Source: an uncultured Actinomycetota bacterium
GTDB lineage: Bacteria; Actinomycetota; Actinomycetes; JACCUZ01
Direction: 5' to 3'
DNA length: 64,000 nt
Assembly: GCA_963746465.1 (NCBI GenBank)
Contig: CAVVAY010000007.1
Span: forward strand, 508,937 to 572,936
Shown piece after piece: positions 51,359 to 62,173 of the stretch; the stretch's first letter is position 1; each line of letters starts with the position of its first letter. The position numbers and the translations under genes are program-made. The notes beneath the pieces were generated by a model. The model was not told where the DNA came from and did no database searches. It saw nothing but the letters and a program-made list of their open reading frames with translations.

Positions 51359-51895
51359 ATGGCAAACAACCACGTGACGTTGACGGAGCCGCCTCGGAAC
51401 GGGTCCGAGATCGACACGCTCGTCGGGTCGCTCGAGCGGGGGCGGCGCTACCTGCGCTGGAAGTGCGCCGGGCTCGATGCGACCGGCCTGAGGGCGACCC
51501 TCGGACCGTCCACCGTCACTCTCGGCGGGCTGCTCAAGCACCTGGCCTACATGGAGGATGCGAACTTCTCCCTCGCTCTGCACGGCAACGAGCGGGCCGC
51601 GCCCTGGCGAGGCGTCGAGCAGCCCGGTGAGTGGGCCTTCACATCGGCCGTGCACGACAGCCCGGAGGAGCTGTTCGCCTTGTGGGAGAGCTCGGTCGCG
51701 GCGGCCAGGGCGAATATCGTCAAGGCCGACCGCCTCGGCGGCCCGGGCTTCACCGCGAGCTATGCCGGGCAGACCTACAGCCTTCGGCGGATCCTCGCGG
51801 ACATGGTCGAGGAGTACCTGCGGCATGTCGGTCACGCGGATCTGATTCGCGAGTCCATCGACGGACTGGTCGGCGAGGACCCGGACGACGACTGA
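51359..51895 (+). CDS. DinB-family / DUF664 protein (mycothiol-dependent maleylpyruvate isomerase N-terminal-like fold)
   Basis: The product is 178 aa with the conserved LRWKCAGL..., HLAYMEDANF and EEYLRHVGHADLIRE features. Confidence 0.7.
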   Translation: MANNHVTLTEPPRNGSEIDTLVGSLERGRRYLRWKCAGLDATGLRATLGPSTVTLGGLLKHLAYMEDANFSLALHGNERAAPWRGVEQPGEWAFTSAVHDSPEELFALWESSVAAARANIVKADRLGGPGFTASYAGQTYSLRRILADMVEEYLRHVGHADLIRESIDGLVGEDPDDD

Positions 51896-51907
51896 CGCAC
51901 CCTGGCG

Positions 51908-52885
51908 ATGTCCGCGGGATGGGACCATGGTGGGGTGCCCGACGAGGAACGGTCCGGCGTGCGGCTGACCAACCTGGACCAGCCGTTGTTCGCCGACGCC
52001 GGCGCCACCAAGCGCGACCTGGTCGACTACCTGGATGCCGTTGCCGACCGGTTCGTGCCCGTGCTCGCCGGGCGCGCGTTGAGCGTCGTCCGGGTGCTCC
52101 GCGGACAGAAACCGTTCATGCAGAAGAACCTGCCCGCCTACGCTCCTGGGTCGATCGCGACTGTTGACATTCCGACCCAGGACGGGAAGCGGGTCGTCCA
52201 CTACCCGGTCTGCGACGACCGCGAGAGCCTGCTGTGGTTCGCCAACCAGCGGGCGGTCGAGTACCACCCCACGCTGTTCCAGGGTCTGGCTTCCGACCTG
52301 CCCACGCACCTGGTGGTGGACATCGACCCACCTGCCGGGACCGACGCATTCGCGCGCGCAGTGCAGGCCGCCCTTCTCGTACGCACTGTTCTCGGCGATG
52401 CCGGGATGACCGCGCTGCCCAAGACCAGCGGCGCGAAGGGGGTGCACGTCGTGGTCCCCCTGGCCTCGGGCCAGTCGGCCATGGACGCCGCGGCCGCCAC
52501 CCGCGCGATCGCCGCCCGCGCGGAGCGACTGGACCCGGGGCTCACGACGACCGCCTTCGTCGTGGAGGAGCGGGGCGACAAGGTCTTCCTCGACTCGACG
52601 CGAGCGGGTGGCGCGACCGTGGTGGCGACGTACAGCCCCCGGGTCCGCCCCGGCGTCCCGGTGTCGTTCCCGGTGGCCTGGGACGACCTCGCCGGCGCAT
52701 CGCCGGCCGACTTCACCCTGGCGAGCGTCCCCCGGCTGCTCGCCGACTCCGACCCGTGGGCCGCACTGCCGCCGCCACAGGTCATCGATCCCGGTCTGGT
52801 CGAAGAGGGACACACCATCCCGGTCGCGCGGGTGGCGGCGATGCACGAAGGCAAGCGCCGCGCGCGAGCCCGCCGGGAGAGCTGA
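51908..52885 (+). CDS. stand-alone NHEJ polymerase/primase domain protein (LigD Pol domain)
   Basis: The 325-aa product has conserved LigD-Pol motifs (PLFADAGATKRDL, LVVDIDP, TSGAKGVHVVVPL). Confidence 0.85.
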   Translation: MSAGWDHGGVPDEERSGVRLTNLDQPLFADAGATKRDLVDYLDAVADRFVPVLAGRALSVVRVLRGQKPFMQKNLPAYAPGSIATVDIPTQDGKRVVHYPVCDDRESLLWFANQRAVEYHPTLFQGLASDLPTHLVVDIDPPAGTDAFARAVQAALLVRTVLGDAGMTALPKTSGAKGVHVVVPLASGQSAMDAAAATRAIAARAERLDPGLTTTAFVVEERGDKVFLDSTRAGGATVVATYSPRVRPGVPVSFPVAWDDLAGASPADFTLASVPRLLADSDPWAALPPPQVIDPGLVEEGHTIPVARVAAMHEGKRRARARRES

Positions 52886-52906
52886 CGCGCGCCTAGACTC
52901 CGCCAC

Positions 52907-55712
52907 GTGACGCGCTCGGAACAGGGGACGAGGGTGCCGGCGCTCCTGCTCGAGACGAAGCTCTACGTTCCGCAGTCACCGCGTCGGTTGGTGCAGCGCT
53001 CTCGACTGAGCGAGCGGTTGGACGGCGCCTCCGGGTCGAAGCTGATCCTCGTCTCCGCGCCCGCCGGCTTCGGCAAGTCGACGCTGCTGGCCGAGTGGCT
53101 GGCGAACGGACAGGCCGGGCAGGGCACCGCTGGCGATCGGCGTTCTGTCGCCTGGGTGTCTCTCGACCCTGCAGACAACCAGCCCGCAACCTTCTGGACG
53201 TACGTCGTCGCGGCGCTCCGCACGGTGATACCCGGCGTCGGTGCGGACGCACTCGCGCTCCTCCAGGCGCCGCAACCGGCGCCGATCACCACCGTGCTCA
53301 CGACACTGCTCAACGACCTCGGCGGTGTGGACCGCGACATCGTGCTGGTCCTCGACGACTACCACGTCGTCGACGCGGCCGAGGTGCAGGACGGGATGGC
53401 CTTCCTGCTCGACCATCTTCCTCCGCAGCTGCACCTGGTGATCGCGAGCCGGGCCGACCCGGGACTGCCGCTGGCAAGGCTGCGGGCGCGCGGCGAGCTC
53501 GCCGAGATCCGCGCCGCCGACCTGCGGTTCAGCGCGGAGGAGGCGGTGGCGTACCTCAACGGGGTGATGGGACTGCGGCTCACGGCTGCCGACGTGGCAA
53601 CCCTGGAGGGCCGCACCGAGGGTTGGATCGCCGCCCTGCAGCTGGCAGCGCTGTCGATGCAGGGCCGGGATGACGCCGCCGACTTCATCGCCGGCTTCGC
53701 GGGCGACGCCCGGTACGTCGTGGACTACCTCGTCGAGGAGGTGCTGGCCCGGCAGCCCGACGGGGTCCACGACTTCCTGCTGCAGACCTCCGTCCTGGAC
53801 CGGCTCAGCGGCGCGCTGTGCGACGCCGTCACCGGCGGCACCGGTGGCACTGGTGGCACTGGTGGCACTGGTGGCAAGGCAATGCTGGAGTCGCTGGACC
53901 GGGCCAACCTGTTCCTGGTGCCGCTGGACGACCGGCGCCGGTGGTACCGCTACCACCACCTGTTCGCCGACGTGCTGCGAGCCCGCCTGCACGACGAGCG
54001 GCCCGACGTCGTCCCCGCGCTGCACCGGCGCGCGAGCGACTGGTACGAGGCGAACGGTGAGCGGGCCGTCGCCGTCGAGCACGCTCTGGCCGCCGCGGAC
54101 TTCGACCGCGCGGCGGACCTGGTCGAGCTGGCGGCGCCGGCTCTGCAGCGGGCCCGGCAGGAGGGCACATTGCGTCGGTGGATGGAGGCCATCCCCGAGG
54201 CGCACTTCCGGGTCAGGCCGGTTCTCAGCAACTCGTACGTCGGATCCCTCATGTCCACCGGTCAGATCGAGGGAGTCGAGCCGTACCTGCTCAACGCCGA
54301 GCGGTGGCTGGATGCCATGTCGGCCGAAGGTCACGGACCTCCTGACCGGCCGCCGGAGATGGTGGTCGTGGACGAGGAGGCGTTCCGGAGGCTGCCCACG
54401 TGGGTCGCCGTGCACCGCGCCGGGCAGGCACTGGTGCTCGGCGACCGGGCCGGTTGCCTCACCCACGCCGGTCGGGCGCGAGACCTGGCCGGTCCCGACG
54501 ACCACGTCGGGCGAGGAGCAGCGTCGGCACTCATCGGGTTGGCGTCATGGGGCGACGGGGACGTCAAGGCTGCTCAGGCGGGCTACTCGGAGTCGTGGAA
54601 GCACATGCATGCCGCCGGCCACATCGCCGACATCCTCGGTCTGGCGATCACGCTCGGGGACCTTCACGTCGTCCAGGGACGGCTCGGTGACGCCATGCGC
54701 ACTTACGAGGAGGCGCTGCGACTCGCCGCCGAGCAGGACGGGCCGGTCCTCCGGGGGACCGCCGACATGTACGTCGGAATGGCCGCACTCCAGCGGGAGC
54801 GAGGCGATCTCGGGACCGCGAACGAGCTCCTTGTCCGCAGCCAGGAGCTCGGCCCGCACCTGGCCCTGCCGCAGAACCCTCACCGCTGGCGGATCGCGAA
54901 GGCTCGGGTCCTGGAGGCCGAAGGAGACCTCGAGGGCGCGGTCCAGCTGCTCGACGAGGCGGAGCAGGTGTACGCCGGCGACTTCTCCCCCGACGTGCGG
55001 CCGATCGCAGCGACGAGAGCGCGGGTGCTGATCGCGCAGGGGAGATGGGCCGACGCTCTGAGCTGGGCGCGCGACCGAGAGCTGTCCGTGGACGACGACC
55101 TCAGCTATCTGCGCGAGTACGAGCACGTCACCCTGGCCAGAGCCCTGCTGGCCCGGTGCAGGACCGAGCGTGCCGAGCCAGCCCTGCGACGGGGCACTCG
55201 GGCTGCTGCGGCGGCTGCTCCAGGCAGCCGAGGCCGGCGGCCGGACCGGAACCGTGATCGAGGTCCTGGTGCTGCAGGCGCTCGCGCAGCAGGTGCGCGG
55301 CGACAACTCGGCGGCACTGGTGCCACTGGTGCAGGCCCTGACCTTGGCCGAGCCGGAAGGCTACGTCCGGCTCTTCGTCGACGAGGGCGCGCCCATGGCC
55401 GTGCTCGTGGAGGCAGCCGCCGAACGCGGGATCGCGCCGACGCTACGCCAGACGACTGCTCACGGCCTTCGACGACGCAGACCGAGACCGCCGCTCCGAC
55501 GCAACCAGGGCCTGGTCGAGCCGTTGAGCGGGCGAGAGCTCGACGTGCTGCGGCTGCTGCGAACCGACCTCGGCGGTCCGGACATCGCCCGCGAGCTCGT
55601 GGTGTCGCTGAACACCGTGCGCACCCACACGAAGAACATCTACGCCAAGCTCGGCGTGAACAACCGCCGGGCAGCGGTCCGCCGGGCCGAGGAGCTCGAC
55701 CTGCTGCGGTGA
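52907..55712 (+). pseudogene. LuxR/MalT-family ATP-dependent transcriptional regulator interrupted by a +1 frameshift at a G4 run near 55191-55194
   Basis: The N-terminal P-loop NTPase (SAPAGFGKSTLL) and TPR region are in the frame starting at 52907 up to ...RTERAEPALRR. The C-terminal part, including the LuxR HTH (LSGRELDVLRLLRTDLGGPDIARELVVSLNTVRTHTKNIYAKLGV), is in the +1 frame and ends at 55712. Removing one G restores ...EPALRRALGLLRRLLQAAEAGG.... A sequencing error cannot be excluded. Confidence 0.6.
53834..53875. repeat. 9-bp tandem repeat (GGTGGCACT, about 4.7 copies) encoding a (GGT)n linker inside the LuxR regulator
   Basis: Read from the sequence. It encodes TGGTGGTGGTGGTGGK in frame. 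Confidence 0.7.
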
Positions 55713-55721
55713 TGCCGGTGC

Positions 55722-56965
55722 TCAGCGGACGCGCTTCACCGGCAGGATGGCGGCGGCGCCGAGGAGGGCGCTGACGCCGGCGACGGCGTACAGCACGCCG
55801 TAGCTGCCGTCCGCGACCGCCAGGATGGCCGGCGCCATCGCAGGGGCCAGGGAGAACGGCAGCGCTCCGGCGATGTTGAACACGCCCAGGTCCTTGGCGG
55901 CGCTGCCCTTGTCCGGCAGCACGTCGGCGGCCAGCGCGAGGTCGACGGCCACGTACACGCCGAACCCCAGGCCGCCGATGGCCATGCCGACCAGGAACCC
56001 GTTGACGTCGGTGGCGAGGGCGATGACGAACAACGCCAGGCCGTACACGGTCGACGCGGCGAGGACGAAGAGCTTCCGGCGGCCGGTCCGGTCGGAGAGC
56101 CTGCCCCCGAGCAGCGAGGCAGCGACCACCACCGTGGACTGGACCAGGGTGCCGAGGAACACCTGGCCCGGCACGTCGTCCTCGGCGGTGCCGATCTTCT
56201 CCAGCAGGTAGTACGTCTGGTAGGTCGCCAGGAACGCGTAGGCCAGCACGAACAGGAAGCGGCTGGCGAAGGCCCAGGCGAAGTCCGGAGCCTTGCGCGG
56301 GTTGAAGTAGAACGTGCTGGCGAGCTCTCGCAGCGACCAGGCCGGCTTCTCCGCAGCGGGCCAGACCGCGGTCGTCCAGGGTCGCGGCGAAGAGCAGGAT
56401 GAAGAACCCGCCGACGGCGCACGGGACCATGAACATGGCGAGCTGGTTGCCGGTGAACAGCTTCACCAGGAAGGTGCCGGTCACCGACGCGATCGGCACG
56501 CACACGCCGAGGACGCCGGAGACCGAGCCCCGCTGCGCCGGCGGGACCTGGTCGGGCAGGACCGCGACGAGCGCTGCGAGCAGCGCGTTGAGGAACACCT
56601 GGGCGATGCACCAGCCGACGAGGACCACGGGGATCGTGGGCGCCAGGGCCACGATGAGGATGCCGAGCGAGCCGCCGAGCAGTCCGACGACGATCCACGG
56701 CCGCCGCATGCCCCACCGGGACGAGGTCCGGTCGCTCAGCCTGCCGAAGAACGGGTTGGCGAACATCGCCAGCAGGGCGCGCGACCCCGGCCACCAGCGA
56801 CAGGCTGTTCGGTGCCTGCTCGGTCCCGACCAGGGACTTGACCTTCAGGGCCAGGGTGACCAGCAGCGGCGCGAGGAACAGCAGGCTGGTGCTGATGTAG
56901 GCCAGCGTGTAGCGGGCGATGAAGCCCGGTCCGACCCGGGGTACGGCGGGCGACTCAGGCTCCAC
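55722..56965 (-). pseudogene. MFS transporter gene interrupted by two frameshifts
   Basis: Three successive frames each carry clean MFS-like segments with high GC3. They switch near 56765-56800 and near 56335-56365. The first runs 56965 to about 56780 (MEPESPAVPR...SLSLVAGV). The second runs 56766 to about 56370 (MFANPFFGRLSDR...LFAATLDDR). The third runs from about 56360 to 55722 (...WSLRELASTFYFNPRKAPDFAW...ILPVKRVR). Confidence 0.6.
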
Positions 56966-57015
56966 CGCGGCGAGTCTGCCAGCCGGGCGGCCGCGCGTCG
57001 GAGTTCACCAGCTGA

Positions 57016-57033
57016 ATCACCAGGTGTGGTGAT
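57016..57033. promoter_or_regulatory. perfect palindrome ATCACCA-ggtg-TGGTGAT in the divergent MFS / small-ORF-MMPL promoter region
   Basis: Read from the sequence. It is a candidate operator. Confidence 0.35.
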
Positions 57034-57067
57034 CCCCGCTCACCACATCCGCTCCTACCTTCCGGTC

Positions 57068-57331
57068 ATGAACCAGGCACCAGCCGCGACCGGCGGCCCG
57101 TCCCAGGCCGGGCAGTACGAGATCCGGATCGAGGGCCACCTCGACACCCGGTGGACCGCCTGGTTCGACGGGCTGGCCCTCACCCACGAGACCGATGGCA
57201 CAACGGTCCTGCACGGCCCGGTCGTCGACCAGGCCGCGCTGCACGGCCTGCTCCAGAAGGTCCGCGACCTCGGCCTGCCCCTGGTCTCGGTCATCCACGT
57301 TGCACCCGACTCTCACAGGAGCACACCATGA
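57068..57331 (+). CDS. hypothetical small protein (87 aa) translationally coupled to the MMPL gene
   Basis: The ORF MNQAPAATGG...YEIRIEGHLDTRWTAWFDGLALTHETDGTTVLHGPVVDQAALHGLLQKVRDLGLPLVSV has good GC3. Its stop overlaps the MMPL ATG as ATGA at 57328-57331. Confidence 0.45.
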   Translation: MNQAPAATGGPSQAGQYEIRIEGHLDTRWTAWFDGLALTHETDGTTVLHGPVVDQAALHGLLQKVRDLGLPLVSVIHVAPDSHRSTP

Positions 57332-59533
57332 ACCGCTTCATCCGCCGGATCGGCGACTTCAGCGCACGCAGGCCATGGACGACGATCGGCGCGTGGGCGG
57401 TCCTCGCCGCGCTCGTGGCGGTGCTCTCCGGCGCCGTCGGTGGCGCGTTCGCCGACGACTTCAGCGCACCGGGCAGCGAGAGCGCCGAGGCCATGGAGCT
57501 GCTCGAGGAACGCTTCCCGGCGGAGGCGGGCGGCACTGCGATCGCCGTGTTCGCGGCTCCCGAGGGCGCAGCAGGTGGCCGGCTTCCGGGTCGGCATCGA
57601 GTCGGCCCTGGCGCAGGTCGCGACGATCGACCACGTCGCCGCCGTGAGCGACCCGTTCGAGTCGGGCCGGGTGTCGGCCGACGGGCGGGTCGCGTTCGCG
57701 GAGATCGCGCTGGACGTGCCGTCGACCGAGTTCGGTCGTGACACCGCCACCGAGGTCGTGGCCGCCCTCGAGCCAGCCCGTTCCGGCGGTGTGCAGGCCG
57801 AGTTCGGCGGGGACGCCGCGTTCCTCAACGCCGAGAAGAAGTCCTCTCCGGCGGAGGCGGTCGGCCTTCTCGCCGCGCTCGTCATCCTTCTCGTCGCCTT
57901 CGGCACCGTCGTGGCCGCGCTGGTGCCGATCGTTCTCGCCCTGGTCGCCGTCGGCGTCGGTCTCGCTGGCATCGTGGTCCTGGCCGGCGGCCTGACGATC
58001 TCCACCGCCGCACCGAGCATCGGCGCCCTGGTCGGACTGGGCGTGGGCATCGACTACGCGTTGTTCATCGTCGCCAGGTACCGCGAGAACCGCACCGCGG
58101 GACAGGTCAACTCGCAGGCGCTGTCCGCGGCGATGGGCTCCTCCGGCACTGCGGTCTTCTTCGCCGGCGGCACCGTGGTCCTTGCGATGGCTGCCCTCGC
58201 GCTCACCGGCGTGGGCTTCCTCGCCTCCATCGGGCTCAGCACCTCGATCGTGGTGCTGTTCGCGGTGGCCACCGCCATCACGCTTCTCCCGGCACTTCTG
58301 ACGTTGCTGGGCAACCGCATCGACGCGGGCCGGATCGTCGGCCGGCGTCGGGTCGCCAAAGCCGCCGAGGCCACCGCGTGGTGGCGGCTGGCGCACCGGA
58401 TCTCGGCCCGGCCCTGGCCGTACCTGGTGGCGGGCACGCTCCTGCTCCTGACGCTTGCTGCCCCGGCGCTGTCGCTGGACACCGGTTTCCCGGACGCTGG
58501 TGACAACCCGAAGAGCCAGACCGAGCGGACGGCGTACGACATGCTCGCCGACGGCTTCGGCCCCGGCTTCAACGCGCCCCTGTCCGTCGTCCTCGACCTG
58601 CAGGACACCGGAGTCGGCGCCGACGACGTTCCCGAGCTGGCGGCGCAGATCGCGGCCGACCCGGGCGTCGCGGAGGTCGGCGAGCCGCGGGTCAGCGCCG
58701 ACGGTGACACCGTGGTGCTCCCCACGCTCCCCACCACCGAGCCGTCCGACCCCGCCACCGTGCAGACGCTCGAGCGGATCCGCGCCATCACCCCCGCCGG
58801 TGTCTACGTGACCGGGGCGACTGCGCTGACCCTCGACCTGGACAAGCAGCTCACCGACACGCTGCCGCTGTTCATCGGCGCGATCCTGGCCACCTCGATC
58901 CTGCTGCTGATGATCGTGTTCCGGTCGGTCACCGTCCCGCTGAAGGCGGCGGTGATGAACTTGCTGTCCATCGGCGGCGCCTACGGAGTCGTGGTCGCGG
59001 TCTTCCAGTGGGGCTGGCTGGGTGGGGTGTTCGGCCTCGACGGCACCTACCGGATCGCCTCGCCGCTGCCGGTGATCTTCTTCGCCGTCCTGTTCGGGCT
59101 CTCGATGGACTACGAGGTGTTCCTCGTCTCCCGCATCCGCGAGGCCTACCAGCAGACCGGTGACAACGCCGAGTCCGTCGCCCGCGGGCTGGCGTCCAGC
59201 GGACGGGTCATCACCTCCGGCGCGCTGATCATGGTCGTGGTGTTCCTCTCGTTCGTCACCGACCCCTCGCCGTTCGTGCAGATGATCGGGCTGGGGCTGT
59301 CCACCGCCATCGCGATCGACGCCACCGTCGTCCGCATGGTCCTGGTGCCGGCGACCATGGCGCTGATGGGCCGGGCCAACTGGTGGCTGCCCGGTTGGCT
59401 CGACCGGCTGCTTCCACACCTGAGCCTCGAGGCCGAGGAGCCCGTGCGCGAGGCCACCCCGGTGCCGGTGCCGGCCCAGGGCCAGGCACCGAGCTCACCG
59501 GTCCAGGAGGTGGAGGTCAGCAGCGCATCCTGA
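57328..59533 (+). pseudogene. MMPL-family RND-type transporter with a frameshift near 57565-57575
   Basis: The true N-terminus (MNRFIRRIGDFSARRPWTTIGAWAVLAALVAVLSG...AIAVFAAPEG) is in the frame of the 57151 track ORF. The rest (QQVAGFRVGIESALAQVATIDHVAAVSDPF... to 59533) is in the frame of the 57440 ORF. A 1-nt insertion or 2-nt deletion in gagggcgcagcag explains it. A sequencing error cannot be excluded. Confidence 0.6.
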
Positions 59534-59617
59534 CCGGTGACACGAGGCGGCCCCTGCTGTGCAGCGATGCACGGCAGGGGCCCTCGCCGGTGTCGAGAAG
59601 ATCCTGCCGTACGCCGG

Positions 59618-61195
59618 TCAGCGCAGGTCGCGGCGACGAAGCGCGACCATGCCTGCCGTGACGAGGACGGCGGCCACGGCGAGCTGCCCCAGCACCGGAT
59701 CCCACGCGAACGACTCGGCGGGCACCGGCGCCAGGTGCGTGAACGGCGACAGGGCGACCAGCCAGCCAGGGAGCTGGAGCAGCTCGCCGAAGAAGAGCAC
59801 GACCACGCAGAAGGTCAGCGCTGACCAGCCGATGCCGGCCCATCGTGCCGACAGCCCGTAGGCGAGCCAGGTCAGCGCGACCAGGACGAGCACCGGTGCG
59901 GCGTACGGCAATGTCGCCCCGAGCAGTCGACCGACGGCGGATCCGTCCCCGGTGACCATCTGGTACCCGAGCCCGAGCCCGAGTCCGGCAGCGCCGACGA
60001 CCACGACGGTGCCGCTCACGGTCACGGCCAGGTACGCCAGCCCCCAGCGCTGACGTGACAGTCCGGTCGCGAGCACCGACTCGACCCGTCCGTCCGTCTC
60101 CTCGCCCCGAGCCCGCAGCGCCGAGGAGATCGCGAAGCCGGCGGCGATCAGCGCGAGCATGGCCGCGGCGACGGCGTAGAAGGAGTCGACCAGCGACCCA
60201 CCGCCCTGCTCGAACACGTCGTGCGAGAACTGCGAGTCACCCAGCAGGTCCTTCACGTCGTCACCGATGGCGCCGTAGCCGATGCCGGTGAGGAACAGGG
60301 CGGCCGCCCAGCCTCCGACGCTCGCGCGTTGCTGCCGCCAGGCCAGGCCGAGCGAGCCCTGCAGCCGGTGCCCGGCGCGCGCCGGCCCGGGTCGCGACGC
60401 GACGATGCCGGAACCGATGTCGCGGAGCGCGAACAACCTCAGCGCCACGCCCATCAGGACCACGACGGCGGCGACCGAGATCAGCGCCGGCCACCAGCGT
60501 TCGCCGGAGAAGGCGCGCATCGCCTGGCCCCAGCCGATCGGCGACGCCCATGACAGCGCACCGTTCCCGACGTCGCCGAGGGCGCGCAGGACGTAGGACG
60601 CGCCGATCACGACTCCGGTGATGCCGTACATCGCCCTGGTGCCTTCGGTGAGCTGCGCGGCGACGAGCGCGACGGCTCCGAAGACGAGCCCAGCGAGGGC
60701 GGCTGCCAGCCCGAGGTTCACCGACCCGGCCACGGCCAGGCCATGGCCGATGAGACTCGCGGCCACGAGGCCGCCGAGCAGGGCGTTGGCGACGAGGACC
60801 GTGAGTGCGGCGGCGACGATCGGCTCGGTGCGTCCGACCGCGCCGGCGCGGACCAGCTCGTCGCGGCCGCTCTCCTCCTCGGCGCGGGTGTGCCGTCCGA
60901 CGAGGAACATGCTGAGCAACCCGGCGACGATCGCACCGAACGCCGAGGCCTGCCACGCCACCTGGCCGCCGACTGTGTTCAGTGCGCGCGCCGGGCCGGC
61001 CATCGCGATGAACGCCGCGTTGTCCGCCATGCTCGCCGCCGCCTTGTCGAACTCCGCCTGGGTCGGGTACAGGCCCTCGACGCTGACGGCCTGCGACCAG
61101 TAGAGAAGGGCCGCACCCGCGATCCACCACAGCAGCATCAGCCGATCGCGGCGCAGGTGGAAGCGCAGCAGCCGCGATGTGGCCCCCGACGTCAT
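59618..61195 (-). CDS. ABC-2 type transporter permease (exporter)
   Basis: The 525-aa multi-TM protein starts at [14 protein letters not shown]. Its start overlaps the upstream ATPase stop as ATGA. The 932-aa track ORF is an over-extension into the ATPase gene. Confidence 0.8.
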   Translation of the reverse strand: MTSGATSRLLRFHLRRDRLMLLWWIAGAALLYWSQAVSVEGLYPTQAEFDKAAASMADNAAFIAMAGPARALNTVGGQVAWQASAFGAIVAGLLSMFLVGRHTRAEEESGRDELVRAGAVGRTEPIVAAALTVLVANALLGGLVAASLIGHGLAVAGSVNLGLAAALAGLVFGAVALVAAQLTEGTRAMYGITGVVIGASYVLRALGDVGNGALSWASPIGWGQAMRAFSGERWWPALISVAAVVVLMGVALRLFALRDIGSGIVASRPGPARAGHRLQGSLGLAWRQQRASVGGWAAALFLTGIGYGAIGDDVKDLLGDSQFSHDVFEQGGGSLVDSFYAVAAAMLALIAAGFAISSALRARGEETDGRVESVLATGLSRQRWGLAYLAVTVSGTVVVVGAAGLGLGLGYQMVTGDGSAVGRLLGATLPYAAPVLVLVALTWLAYGLSARWAGIGWSALTFCVVVLFFGELLQLPGWLVALSPFTHLAPVPAESFAWDPVLGQLAVAAVLVTAGMVALRRRDLR

Positions 61196-62097
61196 GACGC
61201 TGCTTCGTCGACCAGCTGGTCGCCGTAGTGCCGCAGGAAGAGCGCCTCCAGGGTCGGCGGCTGGCTGGTCAGGCTGCCGATGCCGAACCGCCCCAGTGCC
61301 TCGAGAGCCGCGCCGAGCGTCTCGGTGTCGACCTCGAAGACCGCTCGGTTTCCCTCGACGACCAGGTCGTGCACGCCGACGAGCCGGTCGAGCCCGGTCG
61401 GGGGCGTCGCCAGATCGGCCGACACCGACGTACGAGTGAGGTGGCGGAGCTCCGACAGCGTGCCGCGCTCCACGGTGCGGCCGGCCCGGATGATGCTCAC
61501 CCGGTCGCACAGCCGCTCGACCTCGGCCAGGATGTGGCTGGACAGCAGGACCGAGCGACCCTCGTCCCTGAACTCGTCGATGCACTCCTGGAACACCGAC
61601 TCCATCAACGGATCGAGCCCGGACGTCGGCTCGTCGAGCAGCAGCAGCTCGACGTCGGCCGCCAGGGCCGCCACCAGCGCGACCTTCTGCCGGTTGCCCT
61701 TGGAGTACGAACGACCCCTCTTGGTGGGGTCGAGCTCGAAGCGCTCGATGAGCTGCGTCCGGCGCTTGTCGTCCAGCCCGCCACGGAGCGCACCGAGCAG
61801 GTCGATGATCTCGCCACCGGACAGGTTGGGCCACAGGTTCACGTCGCCCGGGACGTAGGCCAGCCGGCGGTGGAGCTCGGTGGCCTGCCGCCAGGGATCC
61901 CCGCCCAGCAGCCGCGCGCTGCCGCCGTCGGCGCGCAGCAGACCCAGCAGCACCCTGATCGTGGTGGACTTGCCGGCTCCGTTGGGACCGAGGAACCCGT
62001 GCACCTCGCCACGGGCGACGGTCAGGTCCAGCCCGTCGAGCGCTGTCGTGCTGCCGAACCGCTTCACCAGCCCGGCGATGTCGATCACCGTGTCCAT
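61192..62097 (-). CDS. ABC transporter ATP-binding protein
   Basis: It has Walker [10 protein letters not shown], the signature LSGGE, Walker [13 protein letters not shown] and an H-loop. Confidence 0.9.
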   Translation of the reverse strand: MDTVIDIAGLVKRFGSTTALDGLDLTVARGEVHGFLGPNGAGKSTTIRVLLGLLRADGGSARLLGGDPWRQATELHRRLAYVPGDVNLWPNLSGGEIIDLLGALRGGLDDKRRTQLIERFELDPTKRGRSYSKGNRQKVALVAALAADVELLLLDEPTSGLDPLMESVFQECIDEFRDEGRSVLLSSHILAEVERLCDRVSIIRAGRTVERGTLSELRHLTRTSVSADLATPPTGLDRLVGVHDLVVEGNRAVFEVDTETLGAALEALGRFGIGSLTSQPPTLEALFLRHYGDQLVDEAAS

Positions 62098-62118
62098 AGC
62101 CGTTCACGGTAGCAGATA

Positions 62119-62136
62119 TTTCACAACTTCGTGAAA
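62119..62136. promoter_or_regulatory. palindrome TTTCAC-aacttc-GTGAAA in the AT-rich divergent promoter between the ABC exporter operon and the regulator gene
   Basis: Read from the sequence. The 76-bp intergenic region is unusually AT-rich for this genome. It is a candidate operator. Confidence 0.4.
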
Positions 62137-62173
62137 CACTGAAAGTTCGTGTAGCAACCTCTAGGATCAGGTC

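Noticed and set aside
51190-62000. Classical integrative genomic island at tRNA-Thr
   Set aside because: There is no integrase, excisionase or recognisable direct repeat of the tRNA 3' end. It is kept only as a low-confidence variable-region hypothesis in the findings.
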